A stretch of 51,435 nt of DNA from a virus (lineage: Duplodnaviria > Caudoviricetes). Position numbers and translations under genes: made by a program. The notes below the pieces were generated by a model. That model did no database searches. It had not been told where the DNA came from and worked only from the letters and a program-made list of their open reading frames with translations. This document shows, one piece after another, positions 1 through 9,165 of this stretch. Each line of letters opens with the position of its first letter. The first letter of the stretch is position 1. Location: IMG/VR virus record IMGVR_UViG_3300030376_006121, positions 1 through 51,435 of that record, one strand, 5' to 3'.

Positions 1-134
1 CCGGGGGGGGTTTGAACAGTAGCCAGCCAGCCAACCAAGACCAGACCAGACCAGCGCTGATCAGAGGGCAGGGCAGGAGGGGGCCTGGAAACCCCCCTGG
101 TCCCCGTTTCGGGGGGGGCCGTAAGGGAACCGGG
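1..134. repeat. Left direct terminal repeat
   Basis: Matches 51302-51435 at 131/134 positions (differences at 77, 82 and 110). Confidence 0.9.
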
Positions 135-174
135 GAGTACCCATCGCGATAAATAATAGTTCAGGAGATTAACT

Positions 175-1128
175 ATGCGTACTTTCGCTCAAGTAGCCAA
201 ATGGGCAGGCAAGGATAACACCGTTAGAAGCTATAATATCGGGGAACTACAGCCAATACAAGCAGCGTTAGCCCTAACGGACACTGCTTTTGTAGCTAAA
301 TATAAACCCTTCAGTAGCCCTATTTTAGCTCGACTTCCCCAAGTTTTTATGGGGTTTCAGCAACTTTGGGGCTTACAACAGACCCCAAGACTAATAGAAA
401 TAGCGAGTATTCTTACGTCCACAAAGCTCAGAGTACACGGTCCAAAACCTCAAGAGTTCAATGCCCTTGTAGACTTCTGCTTAGTGCCTTTAGCGGCAAG
501 AGAATACTACTTTAGCATCATCTACAACACGAAAAGTCCAATAGAAATCTTAGCGTTAGCCGACGCTGGCCTGTGCGTAATGTTTAACCATAAGTTCTAC
601 AAGCACTGGCTAATACAAACAGTGGACAGAGAAAACCGGACAATAACAGACCCAGGATTTGCAATCCGTAGTCGCTACGTGCAGAACCAATTAGCTACAG
701 GCTTCAGCCTCAGTAGAAAACCAATAAGAAAAAACCATTTTACGTTCTACTGGCCCACGGTTGAGCAAAAGTACAGCAGTATTATCAAAGCATCACATGA
801 GTACGTAAAGGCAATTGCCGCCTTTCGCCCTAAGCACAAGTACATGGCTTTAGTTACCCACGCCATGTTTCCCCACCGAAAACTATATAGAGCTTGTAAC
901 CCTATAAGGGTTGGCCACTTTAACGAGAACCACATGCAAAAAACCAGAGAGCACATGAAGACATTAGAATCTTTAGGCTTTAGCTACAGCATAGCTACTA
1001 CCGCCGGTATCCATTTAGCCAAAAACGTCAAGTTTAAACACCCACCGGACGAGCTGAGTAATCTGGAGGAAAAAAGTATGGATGCTTTCGCCATTCCGAG
1101 GCCCTACAAATATTACAAAAGGTTCTAA
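175..1128 (+). CDS. Hypothetical basic protein
   Basis: 317-aa ORF with AGGAG RBS upstream; no motif recognised. Confidence 0.7.
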   Translation: MRTFAQVAKWAGKDNTVRSYNIGELQPIQAALALTDTAFVAKYKPFSSPILARLPQVFMGFQQLWGLQQTPRLIEIASILTSTKLRVHGPKPQEFNALVDFCLVPLAAREYYFSIIYNTKSPIEILALADAGLCVMFNHKFYKHWLIQTVDRENRTITDPGFAIRSRYVQNQLATGFSLSRKPIRKNHFTFYWPTVEQKYSSIIKASHEYVKAIAAFRPKHKYMALVTHAMFPHRKLYRACNPIRVGHFNENHMQKTREHMKTLESLGFSYSIATTAGIHLAKNVKFKHPPDELSNLEEKSMDAFAIPRPYKYYKRF

Positions 1129-1169
1129 GAAGTTGGTTGGTCACTTTGACTACCTCCTGAGCTTTTTTT

Positions 1170-1675
1170 CTCCTTGAAAAAGAAGGTTTAATGGTAAGTT
1201 GTTGGCATGTCAAGAGTGAAAAGGCAGGTTGGCCCATTAAAGTCAATGGACTTATTGATTTTTCAATGAAATGAACATGCCGCTATAAGCCACTCTAAGC
1301 AACTCACCATTTGAATTGTGCTTTGAAACTACCCAGGTTGAAAGCCAACAATCAGGTGATTTGAAATCTGAGGCCGATCAAACGCTTATTTTTTGGAATA
1401 CGTTTAGTACCTCGACTTAAGCATATGGCAGGTTCAACCTGGGCCGGTCTGACACTGAACAGAGTTTGAATGGAAGCGGACAAAACAAGTCCACTCACTA
1501 AATAGCGAGGTTCAACCTCCATTTCACAAAAACTTGAAGATTTAGATTCAAACGTTGGTTTGAAAGTTTCAAAGTTTCAATGGCTCGTTGGTTAATGGCT
1601 AAATAAGTCGGTGTACTTATTGGCCATTAATGCCGCACGTCTTAGTGGGGGCAAGGGGGCATACCCATTTCAAAA
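1170..1675. promoter_or_regulatory. Non-coding region with a TT(G/C)AA palindrome array (operator, origin or packaging candidate)
   Basis: About 15 TTGAA/TTCAA copies and several perfect inverted repeats; no credible ORF. Confidence 0.55.
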
Positions 1676-1692
1676 AAGACTACAATAGGCTC

Positions 1693-1721
1693 TTGCCATA
1701 TAGATCAAAATGTAATATTAT
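1693..1721 (+). promoter_or_regulatory. Sigma70-like promoter for the packaging/structural operon
   Basis: TTGCCA-17 nt-TATTAT upstream of the ORF at 1763. Confidence 0.65.
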
Positions 1722-1762
1722 AAAGAGGCCAAAGACAAAAACCAAACACCAGAGGTGAACAA

Positions 1763-2095
1763 ATGGCAAAGGCAAAGACTGACACTGCTCCCGCTGCTGA
1801 TGCTCCCGCTAAGGCTCCGGTCCAGCCCGAGTCCCGCACTTACGTTGCAGAGGACCACTTCGTTGCTGCTCTTGGTGCCAGCATTACCGGTACCGGAGAA
1901 GACGATACTCATCGTGTTGTCGATCTGGAAGCTTTAGTCGAGCAGCTTCGCGCAGAGTACCCGACTGTCAAGATGAACAGCATTCGCCAGCGCATCTACA
2001 AGATCAACAAGGCTCTTAACGGACAGCGCAAGTTCGTTATCGCACCGGGACCGGACCGTCGCCAGCGTGATCTCGGCGCTTACCTGGCCCTCTAA
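1763..2095 (+). CDS. Small putative DNA-binding protein
   Basis: GAGGTG RBS; Ala/Pro-rich N-terminus, helical basic core (LEALVEQLRAEYPTVKMNSIRQRIYKINKAL); codon usage resembles the capsid gene. Confidence 0.6.
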   Translation: MAKAKTDTAPAADAPAKAPVQPESRTYVAEDHFVAALGASITGTGEDDTHRVVDLEALVEQLRAEYPTVKMNSIRQRIYKINKALNGQRKFVIAPGPDRRQRDLGAYLAL

Positions 2096-2097
2096 AC

Positions 2098-2478
2098 GTG
2101 GCTAAGAAGTCTTCCCTTCCAGCGCTTGTTGAGCCGGGCCTCTTAACTAACAGAAAAGAAGTCCGAGAGTTTGACGATTACATTGATAATATCAATATCG
2201 TCATGCAGCAGGTGTTAGAAGGGAAGATTTCCGTTGGGCAGGCGAAAGCCGTTGAAGGATTAGCCAATCTTCAGTATCAAGCCCTGGCTGCTAAACACAA
2301 GACTAACAATGGTAGCACTGACGTTACCCTGATTCAGCAGTTGCTATTGCAGTCTACTCCTGATCAGCAGGTGATTGATGTCCAAACTGCCACTCCAGAA
2401 CTTACGCGATCCGAAAATCGTACTACCGGCCTTCGGTATGGTTCACGATCAGGAAAGCGGAAGCCTAAAAAAGTTTAG
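2098..2478 (+). CDS. Putative terminase small subunit
   Basis: Small helical protein directly upstream of and overlapping TerL; GTG start; call is positional. Confidence 0.5.
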   Translation: MAKKSSLPALVEPGLLTNRKEVREFDDYIDNINIVMQQVLEGKISVGQAKAVEGLANLQYQALAAKHKTNNGSTDVTLIQQLLLQSTPDQQVIDVQTATPELTRSENRTTGLRYGSRSGKRKPKKV

Positions 2479-4084
2479 CCCTACAGCAATCACCAGAGAG
2501 TCCCAGAATATTATTCTGGATTACTACTCTAACCCGCCAAGAAACGCTGAGGGCTTTACCAAGTTCCTTACGTTACTCGGATGCCGCCAGATTGGTAAGA
2601 GTTCGGTACCTGAGTTTTGCGGCTACGTTAAAGCCGCCTACAATCCTGGCTTCGACCACGTTTGTATCGCAGATAACGACAAGAGAGCTGAGTATCTACA
2701 CCGAAGGGTGCATTTTCTACACACCTTTTGGCCTAATGGTATCCGCTCACCGACTAAAACCAGTAGAGAATCCCGTCAGCTTACCTTTGATGAGTCAGTT
2801 GGCGGCAGAATGCGTATCCTTTCTGCTGAATCACAGGCTGTTGGTGTTGGTCAGTCGCCGGATTCGTTCCACGCTTCTGAGTGCTGTTTCTGGAACAACT
2901 TTAACCAGATTATGTCGCTCATCTGGCCCTCTATCCGCAACAGGCGCAACTGTTTAGCTATTTGGGAGTCTACTCCTTGGGAAGTAGATACCGATTGGCA
3001 CCAGCATTGCATCACTGCAAGCGAGGGTAAAGGCCGACACCTCTACCTTTTTGTCCCCTATTGGGACGGATTGCTTAACCAGCGTACTTGGGATCCTACT
3101 TGGACCCCTACTCAAGAAGAATTAAAGCTCCTTAACGAGCATTCAGACGGTGATATCTATAATGGGCACGGTTTAACGCTAAAAAATCTTGCGTTCCGTC
3201 GTGTAACTATGGATACTGATGCTGAGATCCGTAGAGATCCTCGGCTTTTTGACGTATTCTACCCCTCCGATGATCTAACATGTTGGATTACTGCTGCTAA
3301 TAGCTCAGTTCCAGCTCATGCCTTAGAGCGCCATCTTAAGAGGAGCTACGTACCTAACAACGGTGACTACATTGAGTTCGAACCTCCCACACAAAATGCC
3401 AGATACGTTATTGGCGTTGATCCTGTTGGCTTCGCAGCGCGCGATAACGCGGCGTTTCACGTACTCAAGGTTACGTCAGAGGCTATTGAGCAGGTAGCTG
3501 TGTACTCGGCGCACACCGATCCGCCTACTTTGGCTGATATCTTGGTGTCTATTGGCGTTAAATACAACCATGCGCTCATAGTTGTAGAGGATAACGGTGT
3601 CGGACAGGGTGTTCTTACTGCTCTTAAGATGATGCAGTACCGTAAACTGTACCATAATAAGGGCAAGCCTGGACTCAACAAGCACTCTGAGTCTAAGTTC
3701 ATGGCCGTGTTAGTGGACGCGCTACTGGATGACTTAATCATCCACGAAAAGCAGACTATCCAGCAGCTACAGACGTACCGTAGAGACAAGGATACTGCTG
3801 ATTCACCTCGACAAGAGGTGATGCGTAAGAAAAACAAGCGTAATAGTAAGCGAGAGAAGCATCATTGGGACCGTGTTTCCGCCCTTATGGTCGGGCTGAT
3901 GGTGGCCTACCGGATTCCTCGTAGAGCTGCTACCCCAAAGAGCAACGTTGTTAAGTTCCCCGACTCGTCTAACGATTGGACTGAGGCGCAGACTAACAGA
4001 TACCGCAAGCTCAATACTCCCAAGCGCAGAAAAGCCTCTATTTTTGGCACTACAAACCCTGGGTTGTACGGTTCCAAGAAATAA
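2378..4084 (+). CDS. terL: Terminase large subunit
   Basis: Walker A-like CRQIGKS, Walker B-like FHASE, ESTP coupling motif, RNase H-type nuclease IGVDP...VEDNGVG...HWDRV; ATG at 2378. Confidence 0.92.
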   Translation: MSKLPLQNLRDPKIVLPAFGMVHDQESGSLKKFSPTAITRESQNIILDYYSNPPRNAEGFTKFLTLLGCRQIGKSSVPEFCGYVKAAYNPGFDHVCIADNDKRAEYLHRRVHFLHTFWPNGIRSPTKTSRESRQLTFDESVGGRMRILSAESQAVGVGQSPDSFHASECCFWNNFNQIMSLIWPSIRNRRNCLAIWESTPWEVDTDWHQHCITASEGKGRHLYLFVPYWDGLLNQRTWDPTWTPTQEELKLLNEHSDGDIYNGHGLTLKNLAFRRVTMDTDAEIRRDPRLFDVFYPSDDLTCWITAANSSVPAHALERHLKRSYVPNNGDYIEFEPPTQNARYVIGVDPVGFAARDNAAFHVLKVTSEAIEQVAVYSAHTDPPTLADILVSIGVKYNHALIVVEDNGVGQGVLTALKMMQYRKLYHNKGKPGLNKHSESKFMAVLVDALLDDLIIHEKQTIQQLQTYRRDKDTADSPRQEVMRKKNKRNSKREKHHWDRVSALMVGLMVAYRIPRRAATPKSNVVKFPDSSNDWTEAQTNRYRKLNTPKRRKASIFGTTNPGLYGSKK

Positions 4085-4090
4085 TATCGC

Positions 4091-4119
4091 TTGTTTCGCC
4101 CTTCTCCTCGTGATATAGT
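4091..4119 (+). promoter_or_regulatory. Sigma70-like promoter upstream of portal
   Basis: TTGTTT-17 nt-TATAGT with extended -10 TG. Confidence 0.55.
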
Positions 4120-4143
4120 ACAGACAATGTGGGTTAAAAGCTA

Positions 4144-5889
4144 ATGCAGGGTGCCGTTGTTAAAGAACTGGTGCGAGTACATCGCACTAAGACTAAAGAT
4201 GAGGCCAAAGTCTGGGATAAATATCTCAGATGGTACCGTGGCGGCTTCTATTCCGGCGCCTCTACAGAGGTTCCTGCTATTGATCCGGTTACTGGCTACG
4301 AGTATGACTCTGAAGCAGTAAATGAGCCAACGTTAGAGACTAACTACCTGTTTGCTTTCATTGATTCAATGATTGCAGTGGCAGGATTACCTAATGCAGA
4401 GGTTCAGGTCCGGGCTAAGATCCCAGAGTTGGATGAATTAGCTCAGATTAGAGCAGCTTACATTAGAGATGTGTTCGACCAAAACGATATCACTTCTATA
4501 CTCTGGCAGTACCAGAGTTTAGCGTCGATATGCGGTAGAGCTTTCCTCAAAGTAGGCTGGAATGCCAGACGACACCGACCGATAATTAGAGTTGTTGATC
4601 CCAGACGGCTATTCTACGATAGAAAAGCGCAGCATTGGGATGATGTGCGGTATGTTATTGAGCTAATCGTTATCTCTCGCGCCGAGTGGGACGCCCGCTT
4701 TAAAAATGGTACGTGGGAAAAGAACGATAACATTAAGTTCAAGAAGCAGAACCAAAAACAGTACAACAATGCTGAGAATCAGGACAACGCCAAGACTCCT
4801 AAGCTGGGTAATGTCAAGGGTGGACTGTACGATTTCACGTATGTGTATGAAGTGTACGACTTCACCTCTAACAGTTACTCTCAGTGGGCTGAAGGTAGTT
4901 GGGATGAGCCGCTGTTAGAGACAGAGATGGATAAACGGCTGGACAATCCGTTCACGCCATTGATCTATAACAGTGACCTTAGAGGGCTTACCGGCGTTTC
5001 TGACGCGCAGCTAATCGAAAAACCCCTGAGAGTGCTAAATGAAATTGACACTCTTGAGCTTCGTTACGCTCTGGCTTCTATACCTTTTCCTATTATGGAT
5101 ACGTCTAAGCTGGATAAGCCAGAGGAAGCAATATCCATGTTTCAGCAAGCGAGTAACCCACAAGCACTGGTACCGTTAGACGTGCCAGAGGGTACTCGTA
5201 TCTCTGACATACTAACGTGGAGTCAGGCTCCTCCGAATAACCCCAGCTTCTACAGAATGAGAGAGCAGGCAAGAAACGTTATCGAGTACGTTTTAGCGTT
5301 GCCCTCATTTGCTCGCGGAGTTGTTGGTGCCGCTGATGTTGCTACTGAGGTGGCACTTGCGGAGCAAGCTACTCGTTCCAGAAACGGTAGAAGACAGACT
5401 ACTCTACGTAGATCAGTGGCAGCAGTGGGAATGAAAACTCTTGCTATCGCTGCTGTAGCTCTGGGAGAGCGGGCAGAGTTTAATGTCCGCACTTCTGAGG
5501 ACGAAGTTAAGAAGTTCTCCCCCGCTACTATCCGTTTTGAGGATATGTACATAGAGGAGCTAACATACGACTATGAGTTTGTTACTGCTTCTCCTCCTGA
5601 GTCTGCAAAGTCTGTTATCTTTCAGAACCTCCAGGCTATTATGCCGCTAATCACTGATCCTATGATGGATAAGCGTAAGATTTTAGCGGACCTTCTGCAC
5701 ATGCTGGGCTTACCTAAAGACCGGATGAAGTCAGCAGAAAAGATGGCGCAAGAAGCGCAAGCACAAGCGCAAGCACAGGCCCAAACCATGCAGCAGACGC
5801 AAGGTGTAGCCAGTGATCCACTACAGGCTATGGCAGGTGGCCAAACACCGCAGTCTGTTTCTGTTCCCCCAATAATGAAGAATCAGTAG
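4144..5889 (+). CDS. Portal protein
   Basis: 581 aa following TerL; portal-like segments (GRAFLKVGW, VVDPRRLFYD, ATEV) and a Gln-rich C-terminal tail. Confidence 0.85.
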   Translation: MQGAVVKELVRVHRTKTKDEAKVWDKYLRWYRGGFYSGASTEVPAIDPVTGYEYDSEAVNEPTLETNYLFAFIDSMIAVAGLPNAEVQVRAKIPELDELAQIRAAYIRDVFDQNDITSILWQYQSLASICGRAFLKVGWNARRHRPIIRVVDPRRLFYDRKAQHWDDVRYVIELIVISRAEWDARFKNGTWEKNDNIKFKKQNQKQYNNAENQDNAKTPKLGNVKGGLYDFTYVYEVYDFTSNSYSQWAEGSWDEPLLETEMDKRLDNPFTPLIYNSDLRGLTGVSDAQLIEKPLRVLNEIDTLELRYALASIPFPIMDTSKLDKPEEAISMFQQASNPQALVPLDVPEGTRISDILTWSQAPPNNPSFYRMREQARNVIEYVLALPSFARGVVGAADVATEVALAEQATRSRNGRRQTTLRRSVAAVGMKTLAIAAVALGERAEFNVRTSEDEVKKFSPATIRFEDMYIEELTYDYEFVTASPPESAKSVIFQNLQAIMPLITDPMMDKRKILADLLHMLGLPKDRMKSAEKMAQEAQAQAQAQAQTMQQTQGVASDPLQAMAGGQTPQSVSVPPIMKNQ

Positions 5890-5898
5890 GAGCCTAAA

Positions 5899-6525
5899 AT
5901 GGCAGAAGGAAGATTGAACCTGCGCGAAGCCCAAAAAACAGCGGGCAAAAGAGTTAAGGACCAGAAAGAGCAGGATATGCGTGAGAGAGAGCAGGAAGAA
6001 AGATCAGCGTTAGTTGGGCGTATGCGTGATGCAGCGGACCAGAGAAGAATCGACGCCAGTGAGCCTGGAGATTTTATCCGTGATCGTGCTGCGAAAGCAA
6101 AAGAGTCTGGGTCAGACATTGTAGTGGTAGATCCTACGGATCCGGATGGTAAGTGGAAGTACCGAAAGTCTCCTGACGGCATGATTGAAATCGTTGGCGC
6201 TCCGGATAGTAACAAAGGGGCTATAGGTCTGAAGTTACAGGCCGGCGATAAGTTCTACGATGCAATTAACTCTGTCTTTGATGAGATGCCCCAGAAAGAC
6301 TCTGATCAGCCAGTTGGCGCTTCTGAGACTGCCCCTGTTGCCGCTAAAATGTCTGACGAAGAAAGAGCCAGCAGGGCAGGTGGTCTGTCTGACGCCGAGC
6401 GTTTTGGCCGGTCTGAGGATTACGTCCCCGGCGGCAAAGCTGGCCCATTAATCGTTGATGGTGTAGACATTGCCGCTACAGCTAACAGAGCCGCTAAAAG
6501 AGCCAACCTCAGAGATAGGGAGTAA
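5899..6525 (+). CDS. Hypothetical head-region protein (paralog A)
   Basis: GGAG RBS; shares the W.Y...G.I.IV.APDSNK.AIG domain with the next gene. Confidence 0.75.
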   Translation: MAEGRLNLREAQKTAGKRVKDQKEQDMREREQEERSALVGRMRDAADQRRIDASEPGDFIRDRAAKAKESGSDIVVVDPTDPDGKWKYRKSPDGMIEIVGAPDSNKGAIGLKLQAGDKFYDAINSVFDEMPQKDSDQPVGASETAPVAAKMSDEERASRAGGLSDAERFGRSEDYVPGGKAGPLIVDGVDIAATANRAAKRANLRDRE

Positions 6526-6528
6526 ACC

Positions 6529-7485
6529 GTGGCAGAACTTTTTGCTCCAGGTAAAATAGAAGAAACCACAGAGCTTCTTGCCCGCTTTGGCCTTCCTAAC
6601 TTGTACCGTATCGCTACAGGCTTGGAAGACATGAAGCAGTTTTACAGTGACGTTACCCCCGATGGGGAAACTTTACCGTTTGATCGACCAACAAAGATAG
6701 CCGCAGTAGCAAATACTTTACTTAATGCGGCCATAGGAGAAACTAAAGCTAACGAAATAAGAGCAGCAGAGAGAGAGATAGCTTTAGATGCAGGAGAAAT
6801 TTCCAGAGTTCCGGGAAATTCTGCTGTTCCTGGTCTTTCTGGTGCCGTTATGCCTCCTCAAGAGGCCGATAACGCAGACGTATCTACTGAAGTTATGTCT
6901 GATGATCCGTTAGCTTCTGCTCCGGCTGTGCGTGCGTCTAAGGCTTCTACTGCTACTAACAGAAATATCCTCCCAGGAGGAGAGACTGTTGAGGACGAAG
7001 AAGGCTGGTCTTATAAGCGGTTCGATAATGGAGACATTCAGATTGTTACCGCTCCAGACTCTAACAAGTCAGCCATTGGCATGATGTTAACTGCTGATTC
7101 TACTGGAGATAGCGCAGGGTACTACGAGGCTATCTCTGGCTTTATGAAAAGAAAGTTAGACAGTCCTATGTCTGACCTCGAAGCTACAGCCATGCCCGAA
7201 GAAGAAACTATGGCTGGGATTGATGCAGACGCTAAAGTTGAAGCTGAAGCTCCGGTTAAACCTGATGAGCTTAAAATGTCTGATATGTCTGCTGCTGATG
7301 CTCGTAAAGCTTCAAGAAGAATGCGTATGAATCAGAGACAGCAGAAAGCGCGAGACAGAGTAGGCGCAAAGCAGGACGAGCGAGCAAAGAAGGCCAAAGA
7401 AATTGCCGGTAGATTCTTAAAGAACAGGCCCGGACTGCTCAGGGACGAAGACGAAGATGGCCAGCCTGAAATGGTCGGAGAGTAA
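6529..7485 (+). CDS. Hypothetical head-region protein (paralog B)
   Basis: GTG start after GGAG; same APDSNK domain; acidic, low-complexity flanks. Confidence 0.75.
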   Translation: MAELFAPGKIEETTELLARFGLPNLYRIATGLEDMKQFYSDVTPDGETLPFDRPTKIAAVANTLLNAAIGETKANEIRAAEREIALDAGEISRVPGNSAVPGLSGAVMPPQEADNADVSTEVMSDDPLASAPAVRASKASTATNRNILPGGETVEDEEGWSYKRFDNGDIQIVTAPDSNKSAIGMMLTADSTGDSAGYYEAISGFMKRKLDSPMSDLEATAMPEEETMAGIDADAKVEAEAPVKPDELKMSDMSAADARKASRRMRMNQRQQKARDRVGAKQDERAKKAKEIAGRFLKNRPGLLRDEDEDGQPEMVGE

Positions 7486-7490
7486 TAGCT

Positions 7491-7922
7491 ATGCCAATGT
7501 TCGACGGTGTTTGTTCTAAGTGCGGAAACCTGTACCGTGATGTTTTAGCTGCTACCAGAGAGGAGCTAAAGTGTTGCGAGACAGTAATGAAACCGGTGTA
7601 CGGTGGATTTGCCTACGGAAACACTGTGCCGGTTAACGGTGGGTACGTTGAGGGTATCGGACACTTTGACACTCCAGAGGAGTACAAGGAGTGGAAAGCC
7701 GAACACCCTGGTACTCGCCAACTTGTTCCTGGTACTGCTGCTCATTCAGAGTACATGGACAAGATTAAAGGGCGCAAGCAGCGTAATAGCGAACAAAGAG
7801 GATTTAAAAACCCTAAAGAGTTTGCAGCTTGGAACAAACGCACAAGAGCAATGGCAGCAAGAGGAGATACCGGTGCACAAAAAGCAATTGCCGAGTACGG
7901 ACAAAGAAGATGGCGGAGATAA
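7491..7922 (+). CDS. FmdB-like zinc-ribbon protein
   Basis: MPMFDGVCSKCG...CC N-terminus; position between portal and scaffold is typical for this family. Confidence 0.65.
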   Translation: MPMFDGVCSKCGNLYRDVLAATREELKCCETVMKPVYGGFAYGNTVPVNGGYVEGIGHFDTPEEYKEWKAEHPGTRQLVPGTAAHSEYMDKIKGRKQRNSEQRGFKNPKEFAAWNKRTRAMAARGDTGAQKAIAEYGQRRWRR

Positions 7923-7923
7923 G

Positions 7924-8187
7924 GTAGCCCTGCTGATTACCTCTATTGAGGAGCACGCAGAGCCAGAGATGATGGAAGAAGGTAACGATGCTCCAGAGGA
8001 GCAGAAAGAGCCATCTTCTGTTGATGAGGCTGTGGAGTTTGCTGGTAGAAACGCTAAATCTTCGTCTGACTTTGTTAAGATTTTAGACAAAATGGGGTAC
8101 ACCATTCAGCCCAAGTCGGGTAAAGTGGTGAACCACAACGAAAGAATGTCTGCGTATCGCAGAGCAAAGAGCAAAGTAAAGGAGTAA
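7924..8187 (+). CDS. Small acidic protein with basic C-terminus (start uncertain)
   Basis: 3' part of ORF 7603-8187. GGAG at 7915-7918 points to a GTA codon at 7924; the alternative is ATG at 7969. Confidence 0.55.
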   Translation, partial: VALLITSIEEHAEPEMMEEGNDAPEEQKEPSSVDEAVEFAGRNAKSSSDFVKILDKMGYTIQPKSGKVVNHNERMSAYRRAKSKVKE

Positions 8188-8190
8188 GCG

Positions 8191-9165
8191 GTGCCCCCAA
8201 ACGAGATTTCAGCCCCAACTGAGGACTTATCTGTGGACGTTGAGTCTATGGATTCGGTAGACACTGTGGATTCGGCAGAGTCCATTGATGGATCCCCGCA
8301 AAGCGGGGGCGGTGTACTCCCGGAGGGTGATGATAGTCCAGTTTGGAGCTGGAATACCTGGGACGGTTCCAGAGATTCTGTTCCCGAAGACCACTTAGAG
8401 GCGTATGAGAACATTAGTTCTCACTTTGATAGAGGCGACTCTATCTTTGATTCTATCTTTGGAAGGGATAAATCCTTAACAGAGACAGTAGATTACTCAA
8501 AGTACATGGATCGGGATGAGCACGCTAACCAGATTCAAGATGCAGTAGATAAAAAAATCCAAGAGTTAACAGATAACTTAGATTCGTTTGAGCCACACAC
8601 TAAAGCTGTCGAACAGATGAAAGCTGAGTGGGCTAAAACTGTAGAGGGTTGGGAAAGCCAGTCCGATAGAACGCACAAGCTTATGGCTGATATGACCAAC
8701 GAGTTAGTGGAAGCTAACAAGATGGCCCAAGAATACATGTACGCCCATGAGTATTACCAGCAGGAAACTAAAAAGTGGGCTGATAGTACCATGGAAAAGC
8801 ATGGTGATATTCTAAATGATAACAATAACCCACAGAGACAGTGGTACATCGACGCCATTAAGGCCAACTTTGACGCCAGAGCAGCAACAGGGTTGTTAGG
8901 CGCACCTAAGCAGGCTTGGGTAAAAGCTTTAAGCATGTGGAAAAAGGGTCTGGACCCGGATTCTGCCGTAAAAGAAGCATTGAGTTTGCACCCCGAACGT
9001 GGTATACCTAAACAGGTGACTGCTTCTTTTGTCGGAGGCCACCGGATAAGGGAGGCGGGCTCAGATCCAATGCGTATTTCTGACCCCAAACTGTCTGACC
9101 GAGAAGCACGAAAGTTAGCTTACCGTAGAGCTTCCCGGAAAATAAACTCTAATGGAGGCAACTAA
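8191..9165 (+). CDS. Capsid scaffolding protein
   Basis: Acidic N-terminus, helical middle, basic C-terminus; TAATG-coupled to the capsid gene. Confidence 0.7.
   Translation: MPPNEISAPTEDLSVDVESMDSVDTVDSAESIDGSPQSGGGVLPEGDDSPVWSWNTWDGSRDSVPEDHLEAYENISSHFDRGDSIFDSIFGRDKSLTETVDYSKYMDRDEHANQIQDAVDKKIQELTDNLDSFEPHTKAVEQMKAEWAKTVEGWESQSDRTHKLMADMTNELVEANKMAQEYMYAHEYYQQETKKWADSTMEKHGDILNDNNNPQRQWYIDAIKANFDARAATGLLGAPKQAWVKALSMWKKGLDPDSAVKEALSLHPERGIPKQVTASFVGGHRIREAGSDPMRISDPKLSDREARKLAYRRASRKINSNGGN

Noticed and set aside
55-105. CTGA...GAAA resembling a hammerhead ribozyme core
   Set aside because: The core reads CUGAUCA rather than CUGAnGA, and the required stems are not evident.
1185-1213. 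TTGACA on the - strand as a leftward promoter
   Set aside because: No convincing -10 at the correct spacing and no gene to drive.
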